From a virus, in the IMG/VR virus record IMGVR_UViG_3300030450_002056, positions 1-64,000 of that record: a DNA stretch of 64,000 bases; one strand, given 5' to 3'. Positions 36,239-46,599 of the stretch are shown here, piece by piece (the stretch's first letter is position 1; every line of letters begins with the position of its first letter). The translations under genes and the position numbers were made by a program. The notes under the pieces were generated by a model. It was not told where the DNA came from, searched no databases, and saw only the letters and a list, made by a program, of their open reading frames with translations.

Positions 36239-36646
36239 ATGAAGTGGTTTAATGTTTTTAAAGAAGATGTTGATGCACTTCCATTTGAGGAATTAGTAGC
36301 CCGTAGCAAATTGATGAATCAATATACAGTAAGTTTAGAAAAGAAATTAATAGCCCATATTCATGAACAATTAGATATTCATAAAAAATACTTAATTAAA
36401 TTAGTTGAAAAGTATAATGAAGAATTACCGGACACTTTAGAACCAATTAAAATACCAGACGGGTATCAAGTAATAGAATTGCCGAGCAATAAATATATGG
36501 ACAGAACCTTAAACAGAGAACAATATTATCAAATAGCAAACACTGAAACTATGGTTAATAGGATTGCAATGTATAATGTGCAAGTAATAATATTCAAAAA
36601 AATGATTGAGAATAAAGATATTCAAAGACAGGCAGGGTTAATATGA
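36239..36646 (+). CDS. Hypothetical protein with N-terminal W-tag (MKWFNVFK)
   Basis: ORF track. Confidence 0.6.
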   Translation: MKWFNVFKEDVDALPFEELVARSKLMNQYTVSLEKKLIAHIHEQLDIHKKYLIKLVEKYNEELPDTLEPIKIPDGYQVIELPSNKYMDRTLNREQYYQIANTETMVNRIAMYNVQVIIFKKMIENKDIQRQAGLI

Positions 36647-36906
36647 AACAATGGTTAATTAAAAAACTAATTGCTTTCATGGGCAATGCTTATGTTTGGC
36701 TCGATAAAAGAATAGAGCATGAAACAGGCCCAATTTTAGGATTAAAAATAGATGATGATTTTGAGGCTATGAGCCGATATGAATTATGTAATCACATTGA
36801 GGATAAATTTGGATTAGAAAGGGATTCATTTTGGTTATTACAATCAACTCAAAAAATTAGATTTTGCTGTCAGACGGCTAGGAATATATTGAATAAGGAT
36901 GATTAG
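36643..36906 (+). CDS. Hypothetical protein
   Basis: ORF track. Confidence 0.55.
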   Translation: MKQWLIKKLIAFMGNAYVWLDKRIEHETGPILGLKIDDDFEAMSRYELCNHIEDKFGLERDSFWLLQSTQKIRFCCQTARNILNKDD

Positions 36907-36957
36907 ATTTATTAGAGATTTACTATATGGAATATGGTGCTTAGGGAGATTTAGACC

Positions 36958-37356
36958 ATGAATTTAGTTAGTTGGGTAAAACGACAAATTAAGGAATTGC
37001 CTGATAATCTTACTATGTATGCTATTCCTTTTATGAGAGAAGAATTAACACCCGCAGTAATAGCACATCGAGATGAAAATAGAGAAAAATTATTAGATAT
37101 GTCTGAAAAGGAAAGAATAAAGTTTCTTAAGTTATTTGCTAGGAAATATATATTATCAGAATTGCCTAAATATAATTTAATGAGAACAAAAAATCGTCTT
37201 ATGAATAAAAGCAGTTGGTTTGACCAATTAAAAATGTCTGGTGCAGTAACAACAACTTCAGCAGGAACAAGTAATCTATTTAATAATCAATCAGTAATGG
37301 GGAGGTGTATTTGTGGCAAAGAAAGATGCAAAAAGTGTAACAAAAAAACAACCTAA
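36958..37356 (+). CDS. Hypothetical protein with an internal SWFDQLK tag and C-terminal Cys cluster
   Basis: ORF track. Confidence 0.55.
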   Translation: MNLVSWVKRQIKELPDNLTMYAIPFMREELTPAVIAHRDENREKLLDMSEKERIKFLKLFARKYILSELPKYNLMRTKNRLMNKSSWFDQLKMSGAVTTTSAGTSNLFNNQSVMGRCICGKERCKKCNKKTT

Positions 37357-38437
37357 GATTACAATGGGTAAAGGGACTTCCCGCGTTGAATACAAAGGAG
37401 AATCATTTGCCCAATTATGGAAAGAATGGGAAGATACTGCTAAAAGTATTAATGCAACTGATATGGGAATTAGTAGGTTTACAGGGAGTTTATATGAAAT
37501 GTTAGTTAAACATGGAATAGTGGGAAGAATAATGAAGAATTCTGGCCCTAAAGAAACTCCCGGAATTGGGAAGGAATTAAAGTTCTTAGCGAGTTTAGCA
37601 AAGAAGCCCAAATTTAAACCATCAGAGATGAAACAATTAGAAAGTATTGTTCAAACATTACAAACCTATGGTGGACAACAAAGCGATTTAAACCCAAGAA
37701 ATATAGCATTTGAAGGTGTTGTTAAAGTAAGGGGCAATAAAGCAATTAAGAAACCTATTTTCGGTCATTATCGAACAGATGCTTATGTTAAGTTCAGAGA
37801 AGCCGTTAAAGAAAAAGATGAATTAGATTCTGTGGATAGTTCATGGTGGTCAACTAACAAAGGAGAATCCACCCCTCCTATGTGGCAAGCAATTTATGGA
37901 GATGGAACTAAGGAACCGTTTACAACTAAGGGGTTAACTACTGTAGTTACAGAAGCGGTCAAAGGATTATTAAATGCAAAACACCATATTATTCAAAGTG
38001 ACCCTGTAGCAATAGAAAGTGCAGGTGCTGCTAAATTCGCATATGAAGGATTGTCCGAAGTAAAGACTGCTATGGATAGAATGGTAAATGACCCTCGCTA
38101 TACTACTAGAGCGGGCAATTTCTCATCAAAAGCCGCAAGGACTAGATTAATGAAGATACCATATAATGTCCGGAATAATAAAGAAAGTGAAAATGTTAAA
38201 ACATTATTGGCCGCAAAAGGAACTCCGGGTCAAATAGAAGACTTTTATATTTACATCTCAAGAAGACAACTCAATCATATGGCTAAATTAGCAGGTTGGA
38301 AACCCCATCCCGAATCTACATATATGAAAAATAAAGAGGCAGAAAAAGAAAAGCCTAAAGAAGATAAGGATGAGAAGTTAACAAGTGCTAATAGGGATGT
38401 TAAAGATTGGAGAACTGTAATGAAGGTGGTTGTTTAA
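37313..38437 (+). CDS. Basic hypothetical protein with C-terminal W-tag (DWRTVMK), putative virion protein
   Basis: 374-aa ORF; GGAGG RBS and GTG start. Confidence 0.7.
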   Translation: MAKKDAKSVTKKQPKITMGKGTSRVEYKGESFAQLWKEWEDTAKSINATDMGISRFTGSLYEMLVKHGIVGRIMKNSGPKETPGIGKELKFLASLAKKPKFKPSEMKQLESIVQTLQTYGGQQSDLNPRNIAFEGVVKVRGNKAIKKPIFGHYRTDAYVKFREAVKEKDELDSVDSSWWSTNKGESTPPMWQAIYGDGTKEPFTTKGLTTVVTEAVKGLLNAKHHIIQSDPVAIESAGAAKFAYEGLSEVKTAMDRMVNDPRYTTRAGNFSSKAARTRLMKIPYNVRNNKESENVKTLLAAKGTPGQIEDFYIYISRRQLNHMAKLAGWKPHPESTYMKNKEAEKEKPKEDKDEKLTSANRDVKDWRTVMKVVV

Positions 38438-39093
38438 TGGTAACGAGAAAAAGATGCGTAGTTTGTAACCACGATGATAGAGAGGGCATAGAAGATATGC
38501 TTGAAAATATGCAAATGGATGCAGATAACATTGATAGAGAGAATAATTGGCCCAGTGGCACTACATCTAGGCATCAAAGAAATCATATGGGTGATTATCA
38601 CAATTCTTCCAACCCAAAATGCGCTTTTTGCATAAGCCCTGCACGAATAGACCTTGAGCGGGAGATACATGAAGGTAGATTAGACACAAAAATGGTATCA
38701 GAAATGTTATTATGCTCAGAAGACCAAGTTTTACGGCACATAAGCAGACATTTACAGCCTTTAGTCCAAAAATCAGCCGCAAATATTATTGCACAAAAGC
38801 AAGTGGACGAAATTGCCACATTAGAACATAGCATTAACCGTTTAGACACCAAATTGGACGAATTATTTAACGAAGGTGGAACTGACCCTAAATATATTGA
38901 TAGTTTAACTAAGTTAGCAAGAGAAGTTAGGGAATCATTAAAATATGTTATGGAATTTAAGGGTAAATTGGTGCATCGAAGACAAGATACTGTTATTGTT
39001 GCCCAAATGCAAATTGTTCAAGAAGTATTAGCACAAAATCATCCACAAGTGTGGTTAGATGTTAAAAGTAAAATGGAGGAGAAGTTACAATGA
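38437..39093 (+). CDS. Putative terminase small subunit (duplicated CxxC...RH HTH/Zn units plus coiled coil)
   Basis: CVVCNH...SRHQRNH and CAFC...LRHISRH repeats, a helical oligomerisation segment, and position upstream of terL. Confidence 0.55.
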   Translation: MVTRKRCVVCNHDDREGIEDMLENMQMDADNIDRENNWPSGTTSRHQRNHMGDYHNSSNPKCAFCISPARIDLEREIHEGRLDTKMVSEMLLCSEDQVLRHISRHLQPLVQKSAANIIAQKQVDEIATLEHSINRLDTKLDELFNEGGTDPKYIDSLTKLAREVRESLKYVMEFKGKLVHRRQDTVIVAQMQIVQEVLAQNHPQVWLDVKSKMEEKLQ

Positions 39094-40208
39094 GTTGGGA
39101 AGATACAATAAAGATGCCAAAGCATCTAAAAAGAATTAAGCGCAAAATAGACCAAATGCCAGATTACGAAGTAGTTGAAATAGATGCACAAAGTAGTCAT
39201 GGTGGTAAAGTAGATTTTACAGAAACTGAAGAACATGAGAAACATGAAGATGAACCACATACTATTTATCCCCCTTCTACTCCCAAAGATAAAACCTATG
39301 GTAACTATATGAGGAAATTACCATCTATTATGCGTAGAGCGGCACAGGGTAGAAAGAGGTTTATGAATCAAAGTGGAAGACCGTTAGTAACAAAAGGTGA
39401 AAAAATGAATAATATAAGAAAGATGGCTGAGAGATTTGATTATCAATCTTTACCAGCAGACCTAAGAGAGCAAGTAGATGAATTTTATAGAGATGAAGCA
39501 ATAAAAGATGTTAAAGCAGAAGTTAAAAGAAGAGGAGTAAAGAAACTACAAGAAGGAACTGAAAGGACTTTAATCAGAATGTTAAATACGAGGAAATTTG
39601 AAAATGTATATTTAACTAGTAATAATTTAGAATTTAAAGGCCCATATTTAATTGGTGGTTATGATTTAACTAATCCTGTTGAAATGGCAGCATTTAACAA
39701 AGCACCAAGAAATGCTAAGTATTGGGCTAGTAAAGGGAAACCAATGCCAAAAAGAAAAGTGGAAGATGAAGAATTACCTGAATCATTTTATGATAAGATA
39801 TTTGCACAAGCAAAAATTATTGGTCATCCTATGCCATTTCCAAAAAGACGGCAATCAATAGAGAAATTAATTCAAGTTATTACTGACCATCAGAAAAATA
39901 AAATAAACGAATTAGACCAAACAGATGTTGAAGCAGTAGAAAAAGTAATAGAGATTTTGAGTAAAGATTATGAAGAATATGATTACACAGATGATTCAGG
40001 GCAAATGCAACAGGGCAGGGGTTCAAGCACTACAGGTATGAAAGGTAGACATCTTGATGAATTAAAATCATTATTAGGATTTCTCAAAGATAATGTTAAT
40101 GCAAAGAAATCTTGGAAGAAAACCCTAAAGTCTAATAAAAGTCTTGCTCAACATATTAAAGACATATTAGATGAAATGGGATATGATTCTTCTACAGTTA
40201 AAGTTTAG
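39090..40208 (+). CDS. Hypothetical protein with N- and C-terminal W-tags
   Basis: MSWEDTIK...SWKKTLK. Confidence 0.7.
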   Translation: MSWEDTIKMPKHLKRIKRKIDQMPDYEVVEIDAQSSHGGKVDFTETEEHEKHEDEPHTIYPPSTPKDKTYGNYMRKLPSIMRRAAQGRKRFMNQSGRPLVTKGEKMNNIRKMAERFDYQSLPADLREQVDEFYRDEAIKDVKAEVKRRGVKKLQEGTERTLIRMLNTRKFENVYLTSNNLEFKGPYLIGGYDLTNPVEMAAFNKAPRNAKYWASKGKPMPKRKVEDEELPESFYDKIFAQAKIIGHPMPFPKRRQSIEKLIQVITDHQKNKINELDQTDVEAVEKVIEILSKDYEEYDYTDDSGQMQQGRGSSTTGMKGRHLDELKSLLGFLKDNVNAKKSWKKTLKSNKSLAQHIKDILDEMGYDSSTVKV

Positions 40209-40218
40209 GTGAATTAAA

Positions 40219-41847
40219 ATGAATTGGTTTTCTGCGCTTAAGTCTGTTGAACCGCAGCCAGCGCAGCCTATCAAAAAAGGAGTCGAAGATTACTTAAACA
40301 GAATTATTACTGATGAGGGCCGAGATAATTTTATTGAAGAAATTAAACAAATTGAGAACACCCAATCTCTAGCATTAAAAAGAAATAATACTAAAAAAGC
40401 ACTTGAAGAGTTTATGGATAATAAAGACAAATATCCTCTATCTCAAGTTCCGGGATTTGAAGAGAGAGTTGTAGAAACTCTTGATATGTTGGAAGAGATG
40501 GGAACTACTAGTGCTAAATATGAACCTAGCATGGAAGCCGCAATAAAAGATTTGAATAGCGGTAAGGTAGATAAAATGTTAGGATTGCTTACTAAAGAAG
40601 TCGTCACAAGGAATAAAGAATATATTACAGCCGTAGTCAAGAAAAATAAGAACAAAATATTAAATGGTCTTAAGAAATTAAATGATACAGATAGAGAAAA
40701 GTTATCCGCAGTTCTCCAAGAGGAATACGGGTTTGGCGAACCAACAGAACCTAAGTATATGATGAGAAGTAATGTTAGTGCGAATAATATAAATGAATAT
40801 ATTAGATATGTTATTTTTGGTAATGTCCCAAGAGGATATAGAAAAGAATTACTTCCAGATTTAGGTGGTGTATTTGGTTCTAATTATACAGTATACCCAA
40901 GAGCACTTGAGTATATTTTAAAAGAATCTGAATTAAAATATGATGGTGGTGATTTTGAAATTCCACCTGCTAATGAATCTCTTGCTAAAATAAAAGCACT
41001 ACGCCTATTAAGGGATAATAAACAAGGCCAAGAACATTCTAATTTACAAACTAAAATGGCTAAAGCGCAAAAATATTACGCATCAAAAGAAAGGAAAGAT
41101 GTAAAGAATAAATTAAATAAAATAGAACTTCGATTTTTGAACGATTTAGATAATGAAGAAAAAAGACAGTTTGCTATTATGATTTCTAAACTTGATATTA
41201 GAGTGTATAATTTACCAATAGAAGATTATCACGCGTTAAATTATAAAGAGGATTATGCACACCTTACTGATAGTGTTGCCCAAGAATATGGATTTAAAGA
41301 CGGTCAAGATTTTGAAGAGTGGTTAGAGGATTCTCCAGAAAGAGAAGACGCGTGGGATAATATGTTAAAGAAATGGAAATCTGATGGTGGGGATGCTGGA
41401 GTTGTTAAACCTATGGTTCCAAGTGATGTTCCATTGTTATCTAAATTATTTAGTATATCTGATAGTGATATTAAACAGACGTTATTAGACCTTTATTCTT
41501 CTGGCCCAAATAAAACTACTGAAACGATTGATGCAAAACATAGACAATTCAAAGATATATTGTTAGTGTTGGATGATTTAGACGGAGATGAACCAACTAA
41601 GTTTTCAAGATTATGGAATAAGTTTCAAAGGCGAAACGCTAATGATGATAAATCTGAACTATTCAATGAAATGATGGAAGAACTAATAAATAATCATCAT
41701 TATCAGAAAATTAGAAATGATGTGCGTAAAGAAATTAATGATACAATTAAACATTTAGTTGAAACAAACTACTCCATTGGGAAGAAAGGGGTAATAGAAC
41801 CACTTGCCAAATTACAAAGTATAGGAGCACTACAGGTGATAACATGA
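40219..41847 (+). CDS. Large helical hypothetical protein (MNWFSALK), putative internal virion protein
   Basis: 542-aa ORF; AGGTGA RBS. Confidence 0.7.
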   Translation: MNWFSALKSVEPQPAQPIKKGVEDYLNRIITDEGRDNFIEEIKQIENTQSLALKRNNTKKALEEFMDNKDKYPLSQVPGFEERVVETLDMLEEMGTTSAKYEPSMEAAIKDLNSGKVDKMLGLLTKEVVTRNKEYITAVVKKNKNKILNGLKKLNDTDREKLSAVLQEEYGFGEPTEPKYMMRSNVSANNINEYIRYVIFGNVPRGYRKELLPDLGGVFGSNYTVYPRALEYILKESELKYDGGDFEIPPANESLAKIKALRLLRDNKQGQEHSNLQTKMAKAQKYYASKERKDVKNKLNKIELRFLNDLDNEEKRQFAIMISKLDIRVYNLPIEDYHALNYKEDYAHLTDSVAQEYGFKDGQDFEEWLEDSPEREDAWDNMLKKWKSDGGDAGVVKPMVPSDVPLLSKLFSISDSDIKQTLLDLYSSGPNKTTETIDAKHRQFKDILLVLDDLDGDEPTKFSRLWNKFQRRNANDDKSELFNEMMEELINNHHYQKIRNDVRKEINDTIKHLVETNYSIGKKGVIEPLAKLQSIGALQVIT

Positions 41848-44582
41848 CCCAAGAAATATATAATCAAATAAAAACTGACCAAGATGCGGTAGATGATATA
41901 TTGGATATGCATTTTGGAGGAAATAGAAATATCAATCGGTATTTACAAGAAACTTACCCAGAGATATTAGAGGGGAGTTTTAGACAAAATAAAAGGGAAT
42001 TGTTATCTGCTATATTTCAAGATAAATCTGCTAAGTATCTAAGCGTATCTATTGCTTTAGCAGAAGAAGCAAAGTCAGATGGTTTAGTTCAAGAAAGTGG
42101 CTCTAAGTTAATTATTACCCCTCAAGTGCTTGCTAAGATATTAGAAGGTAAATCAAGTATTGAAGAGGCAGACATAAATAAATATAAGGCTATGGTTAGG
42201 GAAATGTTAGATAGTTATAACCTAACACTCATGCCGATATCAAAGAAAAGAGAAATACAAGTTATATTCTATAATTTATTATCAGATTCTTATAAGGATA
42301 TAGGCCCAGTTACGTCTTCGCAGGTTCAAAAAGATGCAATTAAAGATGTGCTTAAAAGATTCAAAGTAAATGGTAAGGCAATTGCATATGAAAGTCTAAT
42401 GAAACGCCCTCCTTTTGCAGTTAATGATATAACTCTTAGTGATGCAGGTAAATCAGAATATTCAAATAGTAACAATGTTAATTTAGATATTAGTGTTTTA
42501 GCAGAAACTATAAACCAATACACTACCCTTTCAAGTAGACTTAAACCGTTCATTGCTAAATTAAAATATATTATGGAAGCAAATAGATATGAAATAAAAA
42601 CAAGTGAAGTTGATTTATTAGTGGGTTCTTTATCTTTGAAATCTTTAGATAGGAGAAATAAAATTTATGAATATTGGAAAGGTAAGCATGATACTTTTGA
42701 TGATTTTATTGCAATTCAAGATGAAGTAATAGAGAATCTAATGAAGATATTTTCAGAAGCAGAAGGGACTGAATTCATTACTGAAATACTCAAAGAAATT
42801 AATAAAAACAAATTAACAGAAGCAGATAATTATATTGTTAGTGTTCCAAAACAAAAGGTGGATAAAGATAATCTGAATTATACTGCAGCACTTTTATTAG
42901 AAGACTTTTTATCATTTGATTCTAATGATGTTGAGTTTGTTTTTGATAGTCCTGATGATGATGATTTTGGTGAGGATGCGCCATATAGAGGTGAAGACCC
43001 TGATGCCGACCCTGAATCAATTACAATGAGAGGTCGGGGTGAAGATGAAACACGAACTGAAACAGAAAGAGCAGAAATGGCGATTACTCAAGAAGCAGTA
43101 AAATCAATATTAGATGGAATAAATAACATTAAAACAACAAAGGAAACTGACCCACTGTTTTATTATGCTTGGTCACAAGGGGCATTTAATAGAGTTCCCA
43201 TGTTCAAAAAAGATGTATCTAAAATACAAAGAAGAGTAAAGGCGGCAGGTAAAAGATTAACTGTTGTATTAGATGAAAAAGAATTAGAAGAGTTAGATAG
43301 GTATATTGAAGGATTATCTAGGGAAGCATTTGAAGAAACAGATTCAAATTATTATTTACCTTTAACCGATAAAGTTATGGATGAATTTAAAATACCAAGG
43401 GAAAAACAACTTGAAGAGAAACTAACAGCATATTTTAAGTCAATTACGCAATTATATGATTTAGGTGGAAGGAGCAGAAGTCAACTTGCTACTGATATAT
43501 CAACTGGTAAAGTAGGACATAAAGATGTTAAGCGAACTACTTATCAATCATTTGTAGCCAGAAGACAGGGAGAAGGCATAGCAGATATTTTTGATAGAGG
43601 TAGAATAGAAGAGGCTAATGAAGGGATTGATGAACTTATAAATGACTTAACTAAACTAATTGACCATTTATATTCTTCTGTTATTAGACCATTACAAAGT
43701 GAATATATGCCTTTTGATGAAACTGAATTTTCTTTTATTACTAGCAAACAAATGAAGGTTTTAACTGAAAATGCAGAATCTACTGGTGATGCTTTATCTA
43801 CTTTAGTCCATAGAATGAATAATATGGGAACAGCAATTTTCCCAAGAAAAGCATTAAGTCAAGTGGGTAATTTATTAGTTAATTTAGGGGAAATTAAAGT
43901 TGGAGAAAATCTACAAGGCATTAAAACTGCAATGGAAAATCTAGCAAAGCAATTAGATAGGATATATGATTTCCAACATACACATGATATTGCTGAAGAA
44001 TTTGGAGCATCACTTTATGAGATTCGTTCTAAAAATAATCTTGATATTGCTTTGGAATTTAATGGTGTAGATATAGATAAGTTATATGAAAACTATCAAA
44101 GTAAGAGAAGAATGCAAATTTATCCCCTTGCTGCCCTAATTAAAGTTATAAGGAAAGAAGAAGCCTTATTCCGAACTGATACCTTTTTAGTTGGGAGAAA
44201 ACAAGATAGAGGGTTATCTCAGCCAAAAGGAAAAGGAACGGCTGATGGGCAAAGAGATGTAATAAGTAAAATCCTTCAAGCCTATGATAATCTTATTAGA
44301 AAAAAATTATTGGTTAAGGGAGATTTAGAATATAAAATCCTTGAAGCCCATGATTCAATACGAAAGATGATGAATAAGCCTGTGTATTATGGGTTAGGGA
44401 ATATTGATAATTTTGATGACGTAGTTAAAACAATTGACGTTGCTAAAGAGGATTATGATATTAATTTAACTGCTTTAGATGTAGAAAATATTAATTCTGA
44501 ATTTGGAGCATACAGAGAGATTGGTAGAAAACACGGTGTTTCTGCTGAAGTGGTATATTTTATTAAGGCAAACTTTAGGTGA
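41844..44582 (+). CDS. Very large acidic helical hypothetical protein, putative internal/ejection protein
   Basis: 912-aa ORF in the head module with a C-terminal HTH-like segment. Confidence 0.7.
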   Translation: MTQEIYNQIKTDQDAVDDILDMHFGGNRNINRYLQETYPEILEGSFRQNKRELLSAIFQDKSAKYLSVSIALAEEAKSDGLVQESGSKLIITPQVLAKILEGKSSIEEADINKYKAMVREMLDSYNLTLMPISKKREIQVIFYNLLSDSYKDIGPVTSSQVQKDAIKDVLKRFKVNGKAIAYESLMKRPPFAVNDITLSDAGKSEYSNSNNVNLDISVLAETINQYTTLSSRLKPFIAKLKYIMEANRYEIKTSEVDLLVGSLSLKSLDRRNKIYEYWKGKHDTFDDFIAIQDEVIENLMKIFSEAEGTEFITEILKEINKNKLTEADNYIVSVPKQKVDKDNLNYTAALLLEDFLSFDSNDVEFVFDSPDDDDFGEDAPYRGEDPDADPESITMRGRGEDETRTETERAEMAITQEAVKSILDGINNIKTTKETDPLFYYAWSQGAFNRVPMFKKDVSKIQRRVKAAGKRLTVVLDEKELEELDRYIEGLSREAFEETDSNYYLPLTDKVMDEFKIPREKQLEEKLTAYFKSITQLYDLGGRSRSQLATDISTGKVGHKDVKRTTYQSFVARRQGEGIADIFDRGRIEEANEGIDELINDLTKLIDHLYSSVIRPLQSEYMPFDETEFSFITSKQMKVLTENAESTGDALSTLVHRMNNMGTAIFPRKALSQVGNLLVNLGEIKVGENLQGIKTAMENLAKQLDRIYDFQHTHDIAEEFGASLYEIRSKNNLDIALEFNGVDIDKLYENYQSKRRMQIYPLAALIKVIRKEEALFRTDTFLVGRKQDRGLSQPKGKGTADGQRDVISKILQAYDNLIRKKLLVKGDLEYKILEAHDSIRKMMNKPVYYGLGNIDNFDDVVKTIDVAKEDYDINLTALDVENINSEFGAYREIGRKHGVSAEVVYFIKANFR

Positions 44583-44586
44583 TTAA

Positions 44587-45138
44587 ATGAAACTTACTCA
44601 AGAAGACATATATTTTGAAGATATGTCTGAAGAAAATGCCGTTAAGGTGTTTCAGGATGATGGGTATAGTGAATACAAGACTAGGATAAATAGATACAAA
44701 AAGTTACCTACAGATGGAATATTTGCTAATTCACCTGAAACACAATTTGTTGCGTTTTTAACAAAAACGGAACAACCAATTGGCGTAGTAGGTTTTTCTA
44801 AGTTTCAAAATTTCTTATTAGGTTCTGGCGTTCATGTTAGAAGGGGATATAGAAAAAGCGATGGATATGATGGAGTATTCGATTTGCTTCTTAATGAACT
44901 ATTAAAACAAAAAGGAAGTAAAACAATGGTGGTAGCCTTTTCACACCCTAAAGCAATGGAAAAATATAGGCAGTATGGTTTTAAAGAAATCAATGAAGAA
45001 AAATTGCCAGAAGATATTTTAGATGAATTAGAAGAAGCAAAGGCAAACGGCACTATTGGTGCATTACAAAAGTTGAAACTTAATAATTGGTGGATGACTC
45101 TTAAGCATGGCAATAAAGTATTAATATACAGGAGGTGA
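44587..45138 (+). CDS. GNAT-family acetyltransferase
   Basis: PIGVVG strand, VHVRRGYRKS...G motif A, and AMEKYRQYGFK motif B. Confidence 0.72.
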   Translation: MKLTQEDIYFEDMSEENAVKVFQDDGYSEYKTRINRYKKLPTDGIFANSPETQFVAFLTKTEQPIGVVGFSKFQNFLLGSGVHVRRGYRKSDGYDGVFDLLLNELLKQKGSKTMVVAFSHPKAMEKYRQYGFKEINEEKLPEDILDELEEAKANGTIGALQKLKLNNWWMTLKHGNKVLIYRR

Positions 45139-45142
45139 TTAT

Positions 45143-46582
45143 ATGGCTGAAGTAGAACAACTAGATTTTATGTCTGCAATGGACATGGAGTTATCTAAAA
45201 ACTCTTTTCCATATTTCTTCCAAAATGTATTAGGAATGCAATATCCTGACTATATGCAAGAGTGGAAAGAATTAATGGAAACCACTGATAGAACTGTAAT
45301 TGTATGTAGTCGTGACCACGGAAAATCAGTATTTATGCATTCATGGGTAGTTTGGAAGTTAGTATTTGAAGAACCACCATTTCAGATGCTTTACATTTCT
45401 TCTAACCAAAAGCAGACACTTGTGCATATGAGAGAGATTGATAGATATTTCAACTTACCAGCACTTAAAAAGTATAGACCCAGTAGGGGTTGGGCTATTG
45501 GTAATATTCAATTAACTAATGGTAATGCTATATTAGAGCGTTCTGTTGGTTCTCAGATTCGTGGTCTTCACCCTCAAGAAATTATTATTGACGACCCTTT
45601 GAAGGAATTTAGTTTATCAGGTATTAATAGAGTAACAGATTGGTTCTTTGGAGATATGATACCTACCCTTCACCACACCGCCAGTCTTAGAATGATTGGA
45701 ACTCCTTTTACATATACAGATATATTTACACAGTTAGAAGAAAACGAAGCATATACTGTAAGGAAATATCCTTGTCTAAATTCCCTTAATGAACCACTAT
45801 GGCCTGACCGTTGGGACTATGATGCACTTATGCAAAGAAAATCTGAAATTGGTTCTTTGAAGTTTACAAGAGAATATTTATGTATTCCAGTATCAACTGG
45901 GACTGCATTATTCGACCCTGATTATGTTAATGCTTGTAAGAATAAAGAATACATACTTAAGTTAGGTAATAGAAGGGATAAGGGATATAAATATTATGTT
46001 GGAGTAGACCCCGCTATATCTACTGATGGTGACTACAATGTAATTATGGTTTTAGAAGTAGATGAAGATATGAATAAAGCAATTGTTCATGTTGATAGGT
46101 CTAAGAATGTAGAGTTTAGAGAAAACATAGAAAAAATTAGATTAATTGGGAAACTCTATCAACCTGAAGCAGTGTTATATGAAACTAATACCTTCGCTAA
46201 GGCATTTACTCAAGAATTAAGAAGTATATCTGATTTGAATGTTAAGGATTTTAATACAACTAGAAAAAAGAAACAGGAGATAATTCTCAACTTACAAATG
46301 AACATTGAGAACGGTAAGTTAATCTTCCCTTATGGGGATAATAACAGTAAAAAAATGACGAGAGCATTAATAGAAGAACTCTCAATGTTCTCTATTACTG
46401 AGTCGGGAAGATTTGAAGGAGTGGGAGCGCATGACGATTTAGTGATGGGATTAGCACTTGCTAACGCCGCTTCCCAAGTGGCTACAGACACCTTCATACT
46501 CCTTGATGATATAGGCATATTCGATAGTCCCACTAGCCAACAAACTGCCCCAAATGCAGGGTTATTAGGTTTAAATTTTTAG
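45143..46582 (+). CDS. terL: Terminase large subunit
   Basis: Walker A SRDHGKS, IRGLHP, Walker B IIIDD, IGTP coupling motif, RNase H domain GVDPA...HDDLVM. Confidence 0.93.
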   Translation: MAEVEQLDFMSAMDMELSKNSFPYFFQNVLGMQYPDYMQEWKELMETTDRTVIVCSRDHGKSVFMHSWVVWKLVFEEPPFQMLYISSNQKQTLVHMREIDRYFNLPALKKYRPSRGWAIGNIQLTNGNAILERSVGSQIRGLHPQEIIIDDPLKEFSLSGINRVTDWFFGDMIPTLHHTASLRMIGTPFTYTDIFTQLEENEAYTVRKYPCLNSLNEPLWPDRWDYDALMQRKSEIGSLKFTREYLCIPVSTGTALFDPDYVNACKNKEYILKLGNRRDKGYKYYVGVDPAISTDGDYNVIMVLEVDEDMNKAIVHVDRSKNVEFRENIEKIRLIGKLYQPEAVLYETNTFAKAFTQELRSISDLNVKDFNTTRKKKQEIILNLQMNIENGKLIFPYGDNNSKKMTRALIEELSMFSITESGRFEGVGAHDDLVMGLALANAASQVATDTFILLDDIGIFDSPTSQQTAPNAGLLGLNF

Positions 46583-46599
46583 AGCGAAAGGTGAATAAG

